Shown here one piece after another: positions 52,501-63,632 of a stretch of DNA of 64,000 nucleotides. The notes beneath the pieces are model-generated. The model had not been told where the DNA came from, did no database searches, and saw only the letters and a list, made by a program, of their open reading frames with translations. Position 1 is the stretch's first letter. The number at the start of each line of letters is the position of its first letter. Origin of the DNA: Tubiluchus corallicola (lineage: Eukaryota; Animalia; Priapulida); contig JAQGDQ010000381.1 of the NCBI GenBank assembly GCA_030141605.1, positions 38,692 to 102,691 of the forward strand, written 5' to 3'. Both the position numbers and the translations under genes were made by a program.

Positions 52501-55500
52501 GAGTTACAGAATGGATGTGGCAGATGGCTTTGTTTTACCCACATGTCACTGGATGATTGTAGTTAAGATGCACCAACTATAGTACACTTAACCTTTGACC
52601 TATAGCAACCGCATGTGCACACAATGAAACTGTGAGAAGCCATATTAAATGACTCTCTTTCACTCACCATAGAGATGCAATGGTAATGAAATGCATATTT
52701 TACGAAATTTATGGAAAAACCTACTACTCAGATCAGTCTGTATGTTTACACTCACCAACGTTGAAGTAAATATCTCTATTGATGTGAGCAGCTGATAGGA
52801 TGAACATCTTGGAATGTAACTTCAAACCCCAATACTGCAAAATGTACAAAATCTCAACATTTTTCTCACACAGAATTTTAATGCAAAACTTCAAGATTTC
52901 CAAGTAACTGGATGGGTGACCATCTGGGACACTACTTCCATGTTTGTTTTCATTTGCCATACAGCACATCTGTTCATTGAGAAAAGACTTACATAGGTCT
53001 GATTGCGGGTAAGTCAATTCTGCTAGTTAACTCCTTCAGGATCGCACTATTCAAAATAGGTCTTATAAGGGCTATGATTTTTTGCTACTGTATGAGCACA
53101 GACATAACTAAATGATTACAAATTAGCTACTGTTCTATTCAGGAGAATCTCGGCTATCCAATTATGCTATTTCTTTAACATTTATAAGTGATTTAGTTAG
53201 ATAAAATTAAGAAAAACACGCCCTTTTCAGGCACTCCAACTTAGCTTATTGAGTAGCTTAGTCTGGTGTACACTTGTGTGATTGTATACACTAATTTATT
53301 GATCACCTGATTGCTACAGCCCAAGAGGGCTGCCAAATAGAGTTCCAGGAAAAACCAACCAATTTGCCAAGAAAAAATTAACGTCGTTTTCAGCTTTTAA
53401 AAGTAATTTTTTCTTAAAAATAGAGTAGACTTGAGGCAAAAGTACATCAGAGTGTTGTGTCTGGATAGTTGAAATTTTCTGCATTAGCAAATTTTACACA
53501 AGTGATACTGTACATTGTTACAGTGTAAACGCTGAATGCTTTTTTTCAATTTTTTCAAAAACCGATTTTTTATTTTTGTAAGGTAAGCAAATGTATTTCA
53601 TATATAATTTTGCATGAAAATCCTTAGTGTGAGGATAGAAACCTACAAAAATTATCAAATATAACGTAATCGCTGCTTAGTGAGAGCAGTTTTTCATGAA
53701 CTCATGCAAAATGCAGCAAACTCTTACGGTACTGAAAGAGTTAATATCTATTAAAAGATTACTGTGGATAATCAGCTCAGATCCTGGTGCGAATATTAAA
53801 ATAATAAGTAAGCCATGGAATACTGATGTGCAGTATCCAGTTTTGTATCAAGAAAATTAGACAAAAAGGACAAATACAGAGCTGATTAGTTAACTGTTAA
53901 ACATGTGACTATGAGTGTAAACTTACAAGCATGTCTTTGTGAGGTTGAGCGTAAACTTACAACCATGTCTTTGTGAGGTTGAGTGTAAACTTACAAACAT
54001 GTCTTTGTGAGGTTGAGCGTAAACTTACAAGCATGTCTTTGTGAGGTTGAGCGTAAACTCACAAGCATGTCTTTGTGAGGTTGAGCGTAAACTTACAAAC
54101 ATGTCTTTATGAGGTTGAGCATAAACTTGCAAACATGTCTTTGTGAGGTTGAGCTTAAACTTACAAACATGTCTTTATGAGGTTGAGCATAAACTTACAA
54201 ACATGTCTTTATGAGGTTGAGCGTAAACTTACAAACATGTCTTTGTGAGGTTGAGCATAAACTTACAAACATGTCTTTGTGAGGTTGAGCATAAACTTAC
54301 AAACATGTCTTTGTGAGGTTGAGCTTAAACTTACAAACATGTCTTTGTGAGGTTGAGCGTAAACTTACAAGCTTGTCTTTGTGAAGTTGAGCATAAACTT
54401 ACAAACATGTCTTTGTGAGGTTGAGCATAAACTTACAAACATGTCTTTGTGAGGTTGAGTGTAAACTTACAAACATGTCTTTGTGAGGTTGAGCGTAAAC
54501 TTACAAACATGTCTTTGTGAAGTTGAGCGTAAACTTACAAACATGTCTTTGTGAGGTTGAGCGTAAACTTACAAACATGTCTTTGTGAAGTTGAGCGTAA
54601 ATTTACAAACATGTCTTTGTGAGGTTGAGCTTAAACTTACAAACATGTCTTTGTGAGGTTGAGCGTAAACTTATAAACATGTCTTTATGAGGTTGAGCGT
54701 AAACTTACAAACATGTCTTTGTGAGGTTGAGCGTAAACTTACAAACATGTCTTTGTGAGGTTGAGCATAAACTTACAAACATGTCTTTGTGAGGTTGAGC
54801 GTAAACTTACAAACATGTCTTTGTGAGGTTGAGCGTAAACTTACAAACATGTCTTTGTGAGGTTGAGCATAAACTTACAAACATGTCTTTGTGAGGATGA
54901 GCGTAAACTTACAAACATGTCGTTGTGAGGTTGAGCATAAACTTACAAACATGTCTTTGTGAGGTTGAGCATAAACTTACAAACATGTCTTTGTGAGGTT
55001 GAGCATAAACTTACAAACATGTCTTTGTGAGGTTGAGTGTAAACTTACAAACATGTCTTTGTGAGGTTGAGCTTAAACTTACAAACATGTCTTTGTGAGG
55101 TTGAGCGTAAACTTACAAACATGTCGTTGTGAGGTTGAGCGTAAACTTACAAACATGTCTTTGTGAGGTTGAGCTTAAACTTACAAACATGTCTTTGTGA
55201 GGTTGAGCGTAAACTTACAAACATGTCGTTGTGAGGTTGAGCATAAACTTGCAAACATGTCTTTGTGAGGTTGAGCATAAACTTACAAACATGTCTTTGT
55301 GAGGTTGAGCACAAACTTACAAACATGTCTTTGTGAGGTTGAGCATAAACTTACAAACATGTCTTTGTGAGGTTGAGCACAAACTTACAAACATGTCTTT
55401 CTGAGGTTGAGCGTAAACTTACAAACATGTCTTTGTGAGGATGAGTGTAAATTTACAAACATGTCTTTGTGAGGTTGAGCATAAACTTACAAACATGTCT

Positions 55501-58500
55501 TTGTGAGGTTGAGCGTAAACTTACAAACATGTCTTTGTGAGGTTGAGCGTAAACTTACAAACATGTCTTTGTGAGGTTGAGCGTAAACTTACAAACATGT
55601 CTTTGTGAGGTTGAGCGTAAACTTACAAACATGTCTTTGTGAGGTTGAGCGTAAACTTACAAACATGTCTTTGTGAGGTTGAGCGTAAACTTACAAACAT
55701 GTCTTTGTGAGGATGAGCGTAAACTTACAAACATGTCGTTGTGAGGTTGAGCATAAACTTACAAACATGTCTTTGTGAGGTTGAGCATAAACTTACAAAC
55801 ATGTCTTTGTGAGGTTGAGTGTAAACTTACAAACATGTCTTTGTGAGGTTGAGCATAAACTTACAAACATGTCTTTGTGAGGTTGAGCATAAACTTACAA
55901 ACATGTCTTTGTGAGGTTGAGCGTAAACTTACAAACATGTCTTTGTGAGGTTGAGCATAAACTTACAAACATGTCTTTGTGAGGTTGAGCATAAACTTAC
56001 AAACATGTCTTTGTGAGGTTGAGCGTAAACTTACAAACATGTCTTTGTGAGGTTGAGCGTAAACTTACAAACATGTCTTTGTGAGGTTGAGCTTAAACTT
56101 ACAAACATGTCTTTGTGAGGTTGAGCATAAACTTACAAACATGTCTTTGTGAGGTTGAGCATAAACTTACAAACATGTCTTTGTGAGGTTGAGCGTAAAC
56201 TTACAAACATGTCTTTGTGAGGTTGAGCATAAACTTACAAACATGTCTTTGTGAGGTTGAGCGTAAACTTACAAACATGTCTTTGTGAGGTTGAGCATAA
56301 ACTTACAAACATGTCTTTGTGAGGTTGAGCATAAACTTACAAACATGTCTTTGTGAGGTTGAGCGTAAACTTACAAACATGTCTTTGTGAGGTTGAGTGT
56401 AAACTTACAAACATGTTCTTGTGTGATGTTGAGCTTAAACTTACAAACATGTCTTGTGAGGTTGAGCGTAAACTTACAAACATGTCTTTGTGATGTTGAG
56501 CGTAAACGTACAAACATGTCTTTGTGAGGTTGAGCGTAAACTTACAAACATGTCTTTGTGAGGATCACAGAGTAAGTCCAACAACAACGGATGAAGTTTC
56601 TTCCAGTGTTCGTTGGTTCCGATGTCAGACGACGGAATACGATACAAGGATTGAGCTGCTTCTAGTTTTACCTAAAAATTGATAAAATTCTAATTATGCA
56701 TCGCATGCTGGCATTTGAATAAGTGGAAAGCTAAATTGAAAACTGAATGTTTGAAGCAGGGGTAAATGTCCTGAAATGTCAGTATAATGCAGATTGACAA
56801 CAATATAAATTAATATTTTGAATCACAATACTGTGTTAAGACCCATTTTGAAAAGCGATTTTCTTGCTGTTTGCAAAATCACTGCAAAATCGCTCATCAA
56901 AACGTCCATTGCTACAGTGAGAAAACTGCTGGAGACAAAACCCTGTAACACTGGAGCGATTAAAACACCCATGAAAACGATAAACGCAGCGAGAAGCGAC
57001 TAGCCATTGTGACAATCTTATCTGTACGTATAGTCTTAACACAACGACCTTGACAAACACTTTACGCTTCTAATTTAGTATGTTATCTTTCACAAATGAA
57101 TTGAATATTTACCTTAAGAGATTTGGATGGACTGAGATTATTAACTAGATGATTGAACTGCTCAGGATTGAGAAATGCCAAACTCTGAAACATAAAATTC
57201 ATTTCTCATAACAATGTACAAGAAACATGAAAACAAAAACCATGTACAATGTAAGATGATAAGCTATAATAAGTCTTTTCACAGTTCCAGCGATTGATGA
57301 TGATCGTGAAAAGGTCAAAGGTTAAATGTACCAGACGACACATTTGTGTACCCTTGACAACGCCTCGCAGCCCATGCTGTTGTAATAGCAACAGTTTTAA
57401 CAGCTAGCTAGAACCTTGCCTAGTTCATTTTTTCCTGTTCCCAAGCAAGATCCTGCTAGTAAATCACTCTATAACCAGACTAATGCATAATTAAGTAAAG
57501 TCGATGTAAAATAACTAAAGTTACTAAACTGACATGGCAGACGGCTTTGCTTTACCCACATGTCATGTGATGGTTGTAGTTAAGTTGCGTTGCTGTGATA
57601 CACTTAAACTTCGATCTACAGCAACTGCAGGTATGCTCAATGAAACCGCGACACACTTATTCTGATTCTGTAATACCTGCACCTCAAGCTACTTTTTTAA
57701 AGACATTTCACAACACAAGTGTTATGAAACAGTGTGCCCAAGTGATAAGATGGGCTCGTATCCCTAGGGGTAGGAGAGTGTGCCAAAGTGATAAGATGGG
57801 CTCGTATCCCTAGGGGTAGGAGAGTGTGCCCATGTGATAAGATGGGCTCGTATCCCTAGGGGTAGGAGAGTGTGCCCATGTGATAAGGTGGGCTCGTATC
57901 CCTAGGGTAGGAGAGTACGCCCAAGTGATAAGATGGGCTCGTATCCCTAGGGGTAGGAGAGTACGCCCATGTGATAAGGTGGGCTCGTATCCCTAGGGGT
58001 AGGAGAGTACGCCCATGTGATAAGATGGGCTCGTATCCCTAGGGGTAGGAGAGTACGCCCATGTGATAAGATGGGCTCGTATCCCTAGGGTAGGTGAGTA
58101 CGCCCAAGTGATAAGATGGGCTCGTATCCCTAGGGGTAGGTGAGTACGCCCAAGTGATAAGATGGGCTCGTATCCCTAGGGTAGGAGAGTACGCCCAAGT
58201 GATAAGGTGGGCTCGTATCCCTAGGGTAGGAGAGTACGCCCAAGTGATAAGATGGGCTCGTATCCCTAGGGGTAGGAGAGTACGCCCATGTGATAAGATG
58301 GGCTCGTATCCCTAGGGGTAGGAGAGTACGCCCATGTGATAAGATGGGCTCGTATCCGTAGGGTAGGAGAGTACGCCCAAGTGATAAGATGGGCTCGTAT
58401 CCCTAGGGTAGGTGAGTACGCCCAAGTGATAAGATGGGCTCGTATCCCTAGGGTAGGTGAGTACGCCGATGTGATAAGGTGGGCTCGTATCCCTAGGGTA

Positions 58501-61500
58501 GGAAAGTACGCCCAAGTGATAAGATGGGCTCGTATCCCTAGGGGTAGGAGAATACGCCCAAGTGATAAGATGGGCTCATATCCCTAGGGATAGGAGAGTG
58601 TGCCCATGTGATAAGATGAGCTCGTATCCCTAGGGGTAGGAGAGTGTGACCATGTGATAAGATGGGCTGGTATCCCTAGGGGTAGGAGAGTGTGCCCATG
58701 TGATAAGATGGGCTGGTATCCCTAGGGGTAGGAGAGTGTGCCCAAGTGATAAGATGATCTCGTATCCCTAGGGGTAGGAGAGAGTGACCATGTGATAAGA
58801 TGGGCTGGTATCCCTAGGGATAGGAGAGTGTGCCCATGTGATAAGATGAGCTCGTATCCCTAGGGGTAGGAGAGAGTGACCATGTGATAAGATGGGCTGG
58901 TATCCCTAGGGGTAGGAGAGTGTGCCCATGTGATAAGATGGGCTCGTATCCCTAGGGATAGGAAAGTGTGACCACGTGATAAGATTGGCTCATATCCCTA
59001 GGGATAGGAGAGTGTGCCCATGTAATAAGATGGGCTCGTATCCCTAGGGGTAGGAGAGTGTGACCATGTGATAAGATGGGCTCGTATCCCTAGGGATAGG
59101 AGAGTGTGCTCATGTAATAAGATGGGCTCGTATCCCTAGGGATAGGAGAGTGTGCCCAAGTGATAAGATGGGCTCGTATCCCTAGGGTAGGAGAGTACGC
59201 CCAAGTGATAAGATGGGCTCGTATCCCTAGGGGTAGGAGAGTGTGCCCAAGTGATAAGATGGGCTCATATCCCTAGGGATAGAAGAGTGTGCCCAAGTGA
59301 TAAGATGGGCTTGTATCCCTAGGGGTAGAAGAGTATGGTGCTTATTCATTAAAGATAGTTTTTCTGTAATTAATGGAACATGGAGTATTGGAGTGAGTGT
59401 GGACAATTATTATGTATTGTTAGTATGTAGACATTGTCATCTGCATCTTTATTGTTTCTTTACTTGATTTTATCTTCTAATTTTAATAATTGTCAATAAA
59501 CTTAAAAGATAAAACATAAACAAATCCATGAAAATGTGGATCCATAATGGCAACTCCACTTTGACAAAAGTAAAATGCAAAAATGCTCATGGATGAATAA
59601 TTAAACGACATTTAATAAACTCTTATTACAGAACGTTGAAAAAATTTAACATGAGTATTCAAAAATACGATGTCTATAATTTGTATGAAAATTTTACCTG
59701 ACGCATTGAGCTGCCCTCACTAAACGAGTCCTGGTCATCGTTAGTATGGATTAAGGGGCTAACCATTCCACTACGTACCATACTACTCCACTTCTCAGGG
59801 CTCTCTAAAGTATCCACATTGATCCCGCTTTCCACTACAAGTTTAACTCCTTCTGCAATTTTTTTCTTCAGCTTCTGCATCACATTGGCATATCTGAAGT
59901 AAACACACATAAAGCCGTAAACGCAAGAAAAGCAAACATACATAAACAGAAGCAAAATCAAATAACATGTGTGCTTGCAAATCAAAACCGTCCATAAGTC
60001 GGCATAGTTAAAACTACGTTATGAAGCTTCAAAGTAGAATTTCTGTACCAAAAATTTGGTCAAATGTCAATTTTCTGTTCTTTTATTAACCCTAAATATA
60101 TTGGACTTTTATATTCTGACATCAAATTATCAAGAAAATGTTAAAAAAGTAAAAAGCTAACTTCATCACCCTGTACCCACAAGAAAACGACAAAAAACAA
60201 TGGCTGACTTTAACAGAGATTTTCGCAAGATTATGTTTTTCAGTGTGCAGTGTGCAGCTTAACTTCAATGTGGATTATCTCAGCTTAGAAATAACATAGA
60301 GTGATGAACTTGGTATCAAAATGATCCTCATAAAATGGAGATCCAGGATATGTTGAACTGCTAGAAAAGGTTAATTGCAGTCTTATGGACGATTTTGCTG
60401 TGCAATCACACAAAAGTCAAATTTCAGTTGTTTGTCTATCGACAGTTAACGACGCAAAAAAATGAAACTTGATCGAAAGAAATGTGAAAAAGTGAAACTG
60501 ATCTTGGATCCGAAGATCTATGGTTCAAATCTAATCTAGATCTCATGTTTTTTATTCACTGATTTGCTTATTAGTATGGTACATTTTATGCTTTCGCTTA
60601 GTATAAGATTTGCATGTCAACTGTAGATTAACGTAATTCAAATGTGTTAGCATTGGTTTTCAACAAATCTTAAGCATTTTTGGTGAGTCAAATGTAAACA
60701 CTTGTATCTCAAATATGGATTGGTGGTAAAGTTTAAAGATGTTACATTTAATCTTCTTTAATTTCAATTTAATAATTGCTCGTAAGTTAAAATAACAACA
60801 TTATAGGCCTACTAATAGTTCACTAATATTCTTCAAACTTTACATACTGTTGGAACTGTTAGAGAAACATTCTTAAAATAAACAATGTTTCTTGAGAGAA
60901 ACTAATTCATTAACGCAGTGCTAATGCATTACTTAAAAAACTAATTAGCGATTCACTGTTCATTGGGAACTGGGAACCGATTTATTCTTTTCTGCCGACA
61001 TGACGGTTTATCAAAGAATTTCGTCTGAGGATAAACAGCGCATTTTTCAAAGTTATGAAAGAGGTGATGATTACTTACATCTTGCACGGCAACTTAGTAT
61101 AAAAAAATCAACTGCATGGGTTATTATTAAGAGAGCACTGGAGGGTAGAATTGTCAAAGTACGTAAAGTAAGTAGCACTGTACTGTTGAACGTGTTTCAT
61201 AATATATTAAATCATAATCTATGTATTTCATCTTCAATACCTACATTACCTTATATACCATTTCTTCTTCCTGAGCCCCTTTATCAGTAGCAACTGTGGC
61301 CAAAGACTTTATTTTGTTTTTTTTTGCCAATAATAGAAAAACGGTTATATATAAAAAACCTTTTCACATTCTCCACAATTCTATCAAGTCTGGTTTAATA
61401 AAATCTAGCAATTGCACTGTGTTTTATCGGTACATATAATTGCAAAAATAATTTTAAAAATACTTTAGGGTCCAGCAAGGGTTAACATTCTGATTAAATA

Positions 61501-63494
61501 ATGACAAATGGAAATATTACGCGGAAGATTCAAGCAGCTCGGTGGAAATTTCTGACAAGATTCCGTCTTGCTTGTCGATGTCAGCTTCAGTGACGGCTTT
61601 CTGAAGTTCCATTTCAATCAGTGAACTCATAGATTTTTCCAACTCCGCCCTGATATCTTGCACTAGTGAGCTTCTATATGCAACACAAACAAACATATGT
61701 AACTAATAAAGCAGTCACAGACAAAAATAAATTTTTTTTTACTGTATTGTCAGTAGATGGCAGTACATTACAATACATAATGTACGAGTCATAATATACC
61801 GGTTTATCTTCTCTGTATCGTCAGTAGATGTCACCACATTATAATACGTAATGTACGAGTCATAATATACCGGTTTATCTTCTCTGTATTGTCAGTAGAT
61901 GTCACCACATTATAATACGTAATGTACGAGTCATAATATACCGGTTTATCTTCCCTGTATTGTCAGTAGATGTCACCACATTATAATACGTAATGTACGA
62001 GTCATAATATATCGGTTTATCTTCCCTGTGTTGTCAGTAGATGTCACCACATTATAATTGCCAGTAGATGTCACCACATTGTAATACGTAATGTACGAGT
62101 CATAATATACCGGTTTATCTTCTCTATGTTGTCAGTAGATGTCACCACATTGTAATACGTAATGTACGAGTCATAATATATCGGTTTATCTTCCCTGTGT
62201 TGTCAGTAGATGTCACCACATTATAATTGTCAGTAGATGTCACCACATTGTAATACGTAATGTACGAGTCATAATATACCGGTTTATCTTCTCTGTATTG
62301 TCAGTAGATGTCACCACATTGTAATACGTAATGTACGAGTCATAATATACCGGTTTATCTTCTCTGTATTGTCAGTAGATGTCACCACATTGTAATACAT
62401 AATGTACGAGTCATAATATACCGGTTTATCTTCTCTATGTTGTCAGTAGATGTCACCACATTGTAATACGTAATGTACGAGTCATAATATACCGGTTTAT
62501 CTTCTCTGTATTGTCAGTAGATGTCACCACATTATAATACGTAATGTACGAGTCATAATATACCGGTTTATCTTCTCTGTATTGTCAGTAGATGTCACCA
62601 CATTATAATACGTAATGTACGAGTCATAATATATCGGTTTATCTTCCCTGTGTTGTCAGTAGATGTCACCACATTATAATTGCCAGTAGATGTCACCACA
62701 TTGTAATACGTAATGTACGAGTCATAATATACCGGTTTATCTTCTCTATGTTGCCAGTAGATGTCACCACATTGTAATACGTAATGTATGAGTCATAATA
62801 TATCGGTTTATCTTCTCTGTATTGTCAGTAGATGTCACCACATTGTAATACGTAATGTACGAGTCATAATATACCGGTTTATCTTCTCTATCTTGTCAGT
62901 AGATGTCACCACATTGTAATACGTAATGTACGAGTCGGCACATTCCCGTTCTCTAGAATTTTTGGCGAAAAACGGTGAAAAAAGGGCGTTTTTTGGAGGT
63001 TTTTCGGCCCCGTTCCTCCTGGTGGGCCCGATTCGAAAAATATACCCCCAGTTGCGAACCCTTGGGTGGAGACCTTTCATTTGACGTACAGATTGTCGAA
63101 AATGGTGCCGTCGTCGCAGCTGTAGCCACGTCGGCTATATATCCATATATATATATATACCACGGAAATTAATATATAGATACAATTGTAAGCAAATTAT
63201 TATCTATTCTTCTAGATGTTCTAGCGATTTCACTGAGCATTACTAGCTAATTACTATACATCATAAAATATATTTTTAAAAATTGCAACGAAGTAACAGC
63301 CGTAACATGTGAAAAATCACCCTGTAGTCATTTGCATCTTACTTGTGAAACGTGTCATCGTATTCTTCTAATTTGGCAGCGGCATCGCGCATGGCTTCCA
63401 ATGATGTAGATTTCTGAACCATCGGCTTGAGATGATGTAGAAATTCCACAAGATGCCTGGCCATATCTTCACTGCTTCTGTTCGACGTTGACAT
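34552..63494 (-). CDS. TBC1D32: Protein broad-minded (TBC1D32/BROMI), ciliary Hedgehog regulator, 17 coding exons, about 1439 aa
   Basis: Exons (minus): 63343-63494, 61521-61673, 59698-59893, 57113-57184, 56546-56671, 52756-52834, 49716-49881, 48624-48750, 46813-46960, 45080-45286, 44683-44819, 41662-42370, 39487-40948, 37047-37203, 36312-36452, 35494-35643, 34552-34689. GT-AG, phases consistent, 4320 nt. Motifs: LEEYDDTFHK, PAYWLRYPE, PMHFLALVDPLASWYKLWMHA, IGGPSERQLPP, YPGFDWF, QLWLSQYFWNYLDW..LGTDYQVYFCLAVFRHLQ. Confidence 0.9.
35683..36295. mobile_element. MITE family A copy
   Basis: Same TIR and core as 2221-2716, in opposite orientation, with an internal duplication. Confidence 0.7.
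37617..38215. mobile_element. Interspersed repeat family D, TTAA-AGG start (Kolobok-like)
   Basis: Second copy at about 40997-41510 and a fragment at about 48890-49125. Superfamily assignment is inference only. Confidence 0.55.
38458..38817. mobile_element. hAT-like MITE with TCGAA-rich subterminal repeats
   Basis: TIRs TAAGGATGAGC / reverse complement TAGGGGTGATC, exact 8-bp TSD ATAATCGT. A diverged related fragment lies at about 4800-4975. Confidence 0.75.
39243..39312. repeat. (GAT/GAC)n microsatellite
   Basis: Direct reading. Confidence 0.85.
39487..40948 (-). CDS. TBC1D32: TBC1D32 large internal exon (1462 nt)
   Basis: Corresponds to ORF 39480..40955. TTTGCTAG acceptor, CG|GTATTG donor; contains DIIVDELSVMRNHVMIRSLVIGGPSERQLPP. 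Confidence 0.9.
41662..42370 (-). CDS. TBC1D32: TBC1D32 exon with Ser/Lys-rich low-complexity insert
   Basis: Corresponds to ORF 41630..42343. Conserved SLTNIAKILQALARTEHGLRYLLYG is followed by about 170 aa of S/K/T-rich sequence. Confidence 0.85.
42445..43119. mobile_element. TTAA-specific (piggyBac-like) MITE
   Basis: TTAA-CTCCTTCAG ... CTGAAGGAA-TTAA. An inverted copy lies at 53031-53740 and a partial copy at about 43500-43640. Confidence 0.75.
44027..44575. repeat. Tandem repeat, about 137-bp unit, 4 copies, with internal hairpin
   Basis: The unit contains the inverted repeat AGGTGAGTGT...ACACTCACCT. Confidence 0.92.
45490..46218. repeat. Minisatellite, about 29-33-bp unit, about 22 copies
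   Basis: Unit GAGTGTGAACGCCTCGACGAGTTACTGTCTAGT with indel variants. Confidence 0.92.
48075..48585 (-). mobile_element. SINE3-type retroposon: 5S rRNA head, RTE-LINE-like body and (CAA)-like tail
   Basis: The minus strand starts with a 119-nt 5S sequence with no oligo-T terminator. It continues into a GC-rich body ending GAGACAGAAGGATGCCAACCAGCCAATAACAACC. It is flanked by an 11-bp direct repeat GATCCACATTT (48064-48074 and 48586-48596). Confidence 0.85.
48466..48584 (-). rRNA. 5S rRNA-derived sequence (SINE head, probably not a functional rDNA unit)
   Basis: Reverse complement reads GATTACGGCCAAATCACGTTGAAAACACGGTTCTCGTCTGATCACCGAAGTTAAGC...GTTAGTACTTGGATGGGTGACC...GAATACCAGGTGCTGTGGGCTT, with box A, IE and box C recognisable. 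Confidence 0.85.
50133..50613. mobile_element. hAT (Charlie-like) MITE
   Basis: TIRs CAGGGGTGTGCAAATT / reverse complement CAAGGGTGTGCAAATT, subterminal GGGCC(A/G)CA motifs, and a near-TSD AATTAATT / AATTAGTT. Confidence 0.75.
51021..52115. repeat. Minisatellite, 44-bp unit, about 25 copies
   Basis: Unit CTTTGTCAAATACACATGTATTAATTAGGGCCAAGTGTACTG(C/T)A. Confidence 0.97.
52254..52643. mobile_element. MITE family A copy
   Basis: Highly similar to 35683-36060. Confidence 0.7.
53031..53740. mobile_element. TTAA-specific (piggyBac-like) MITE, inverted relative to 42445-43119
   Basis: TTAA-CTCCTTCAGG ... CTGAAAGAG-TTAA; the interior is the reverse complement of the 42.4-43.1 kb copy. Confidence 0.75.
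53912..56563 (-). repeat. Minisatellite, 34-bp unit, about 78 copies, each containing the TBC1D32 exon end plus 5' splice site
   Basis: Minus-strand unit CCTCACAAAGACATGTTT|GTAAGTTTACGCTCAA. Confidence 0.97.
57271..57650. mobile_element. MITE family A copy
   Basis: Same core sequence as the other family A copies. Confidence 0.65.
57731..59335. repeat. Minisatellite, 45/46-bp unit, about 35 copies, palindromic CCCTAGGG core
   Basis: Unit AGAGTGTGCCCAAGTGATAAGATGGGCTCGTATCCCTAGGG(G)TAGG. Confidence 0.97.
61000..61165 (+). pseudogene. N-terminal helix-turn-helix remnant of a Tc1/IS630-like transposase
   Basis: MTVYQRISSEDKQRIFQSYERGDDYLHLARQLSIKKSTAWVIIKR resembles transposase HTH domains; no DDE domain follows. 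Confidence 0.5.
61742..62936. repeat. Minisatellite, 70-bp unit, about 17 copies with interspersed short units
   Basis: Unit GTCAGTAGATGTCACCACATT(A/G)TAATACGTAATGTACGAGTCATAATATACCGGTTTATCTTCTCTGTATT. Confidence 0.97.
62940..63180 (-). mobile_element. Truncated Helitron-like copy abutting a 70-bp tandem array
   Basis: Reverse-complement homology to 63633-63881 (CATTCCCGTTCTC, TTTTTGGAGGTTTTTCG, GTGGGCCCGAT, ATGGTGCCGTCGTC, GCTGTAGC). Confidence 0.6.
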
Positions 63495-63632
63495 GGCGAC
63501 AAGTTTTTATGTATACGTATACCGATAACTTATACGAACAAATTGTCTTTTGATCTAAAATAACAAAAAATTTGCATATTAAAAGTTTGACGTTGCAAAA
63601 GCATTACAGATCCAGTGCTCATCAAATCAGAA

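Noticed and set aside
58312-58587. Repeat ORFs (VIRWARIPRVGEYAQ)n
   Set aside because: Chance run of 45-bp units within an intronic minisatellite; the 46-bp units break the frame.
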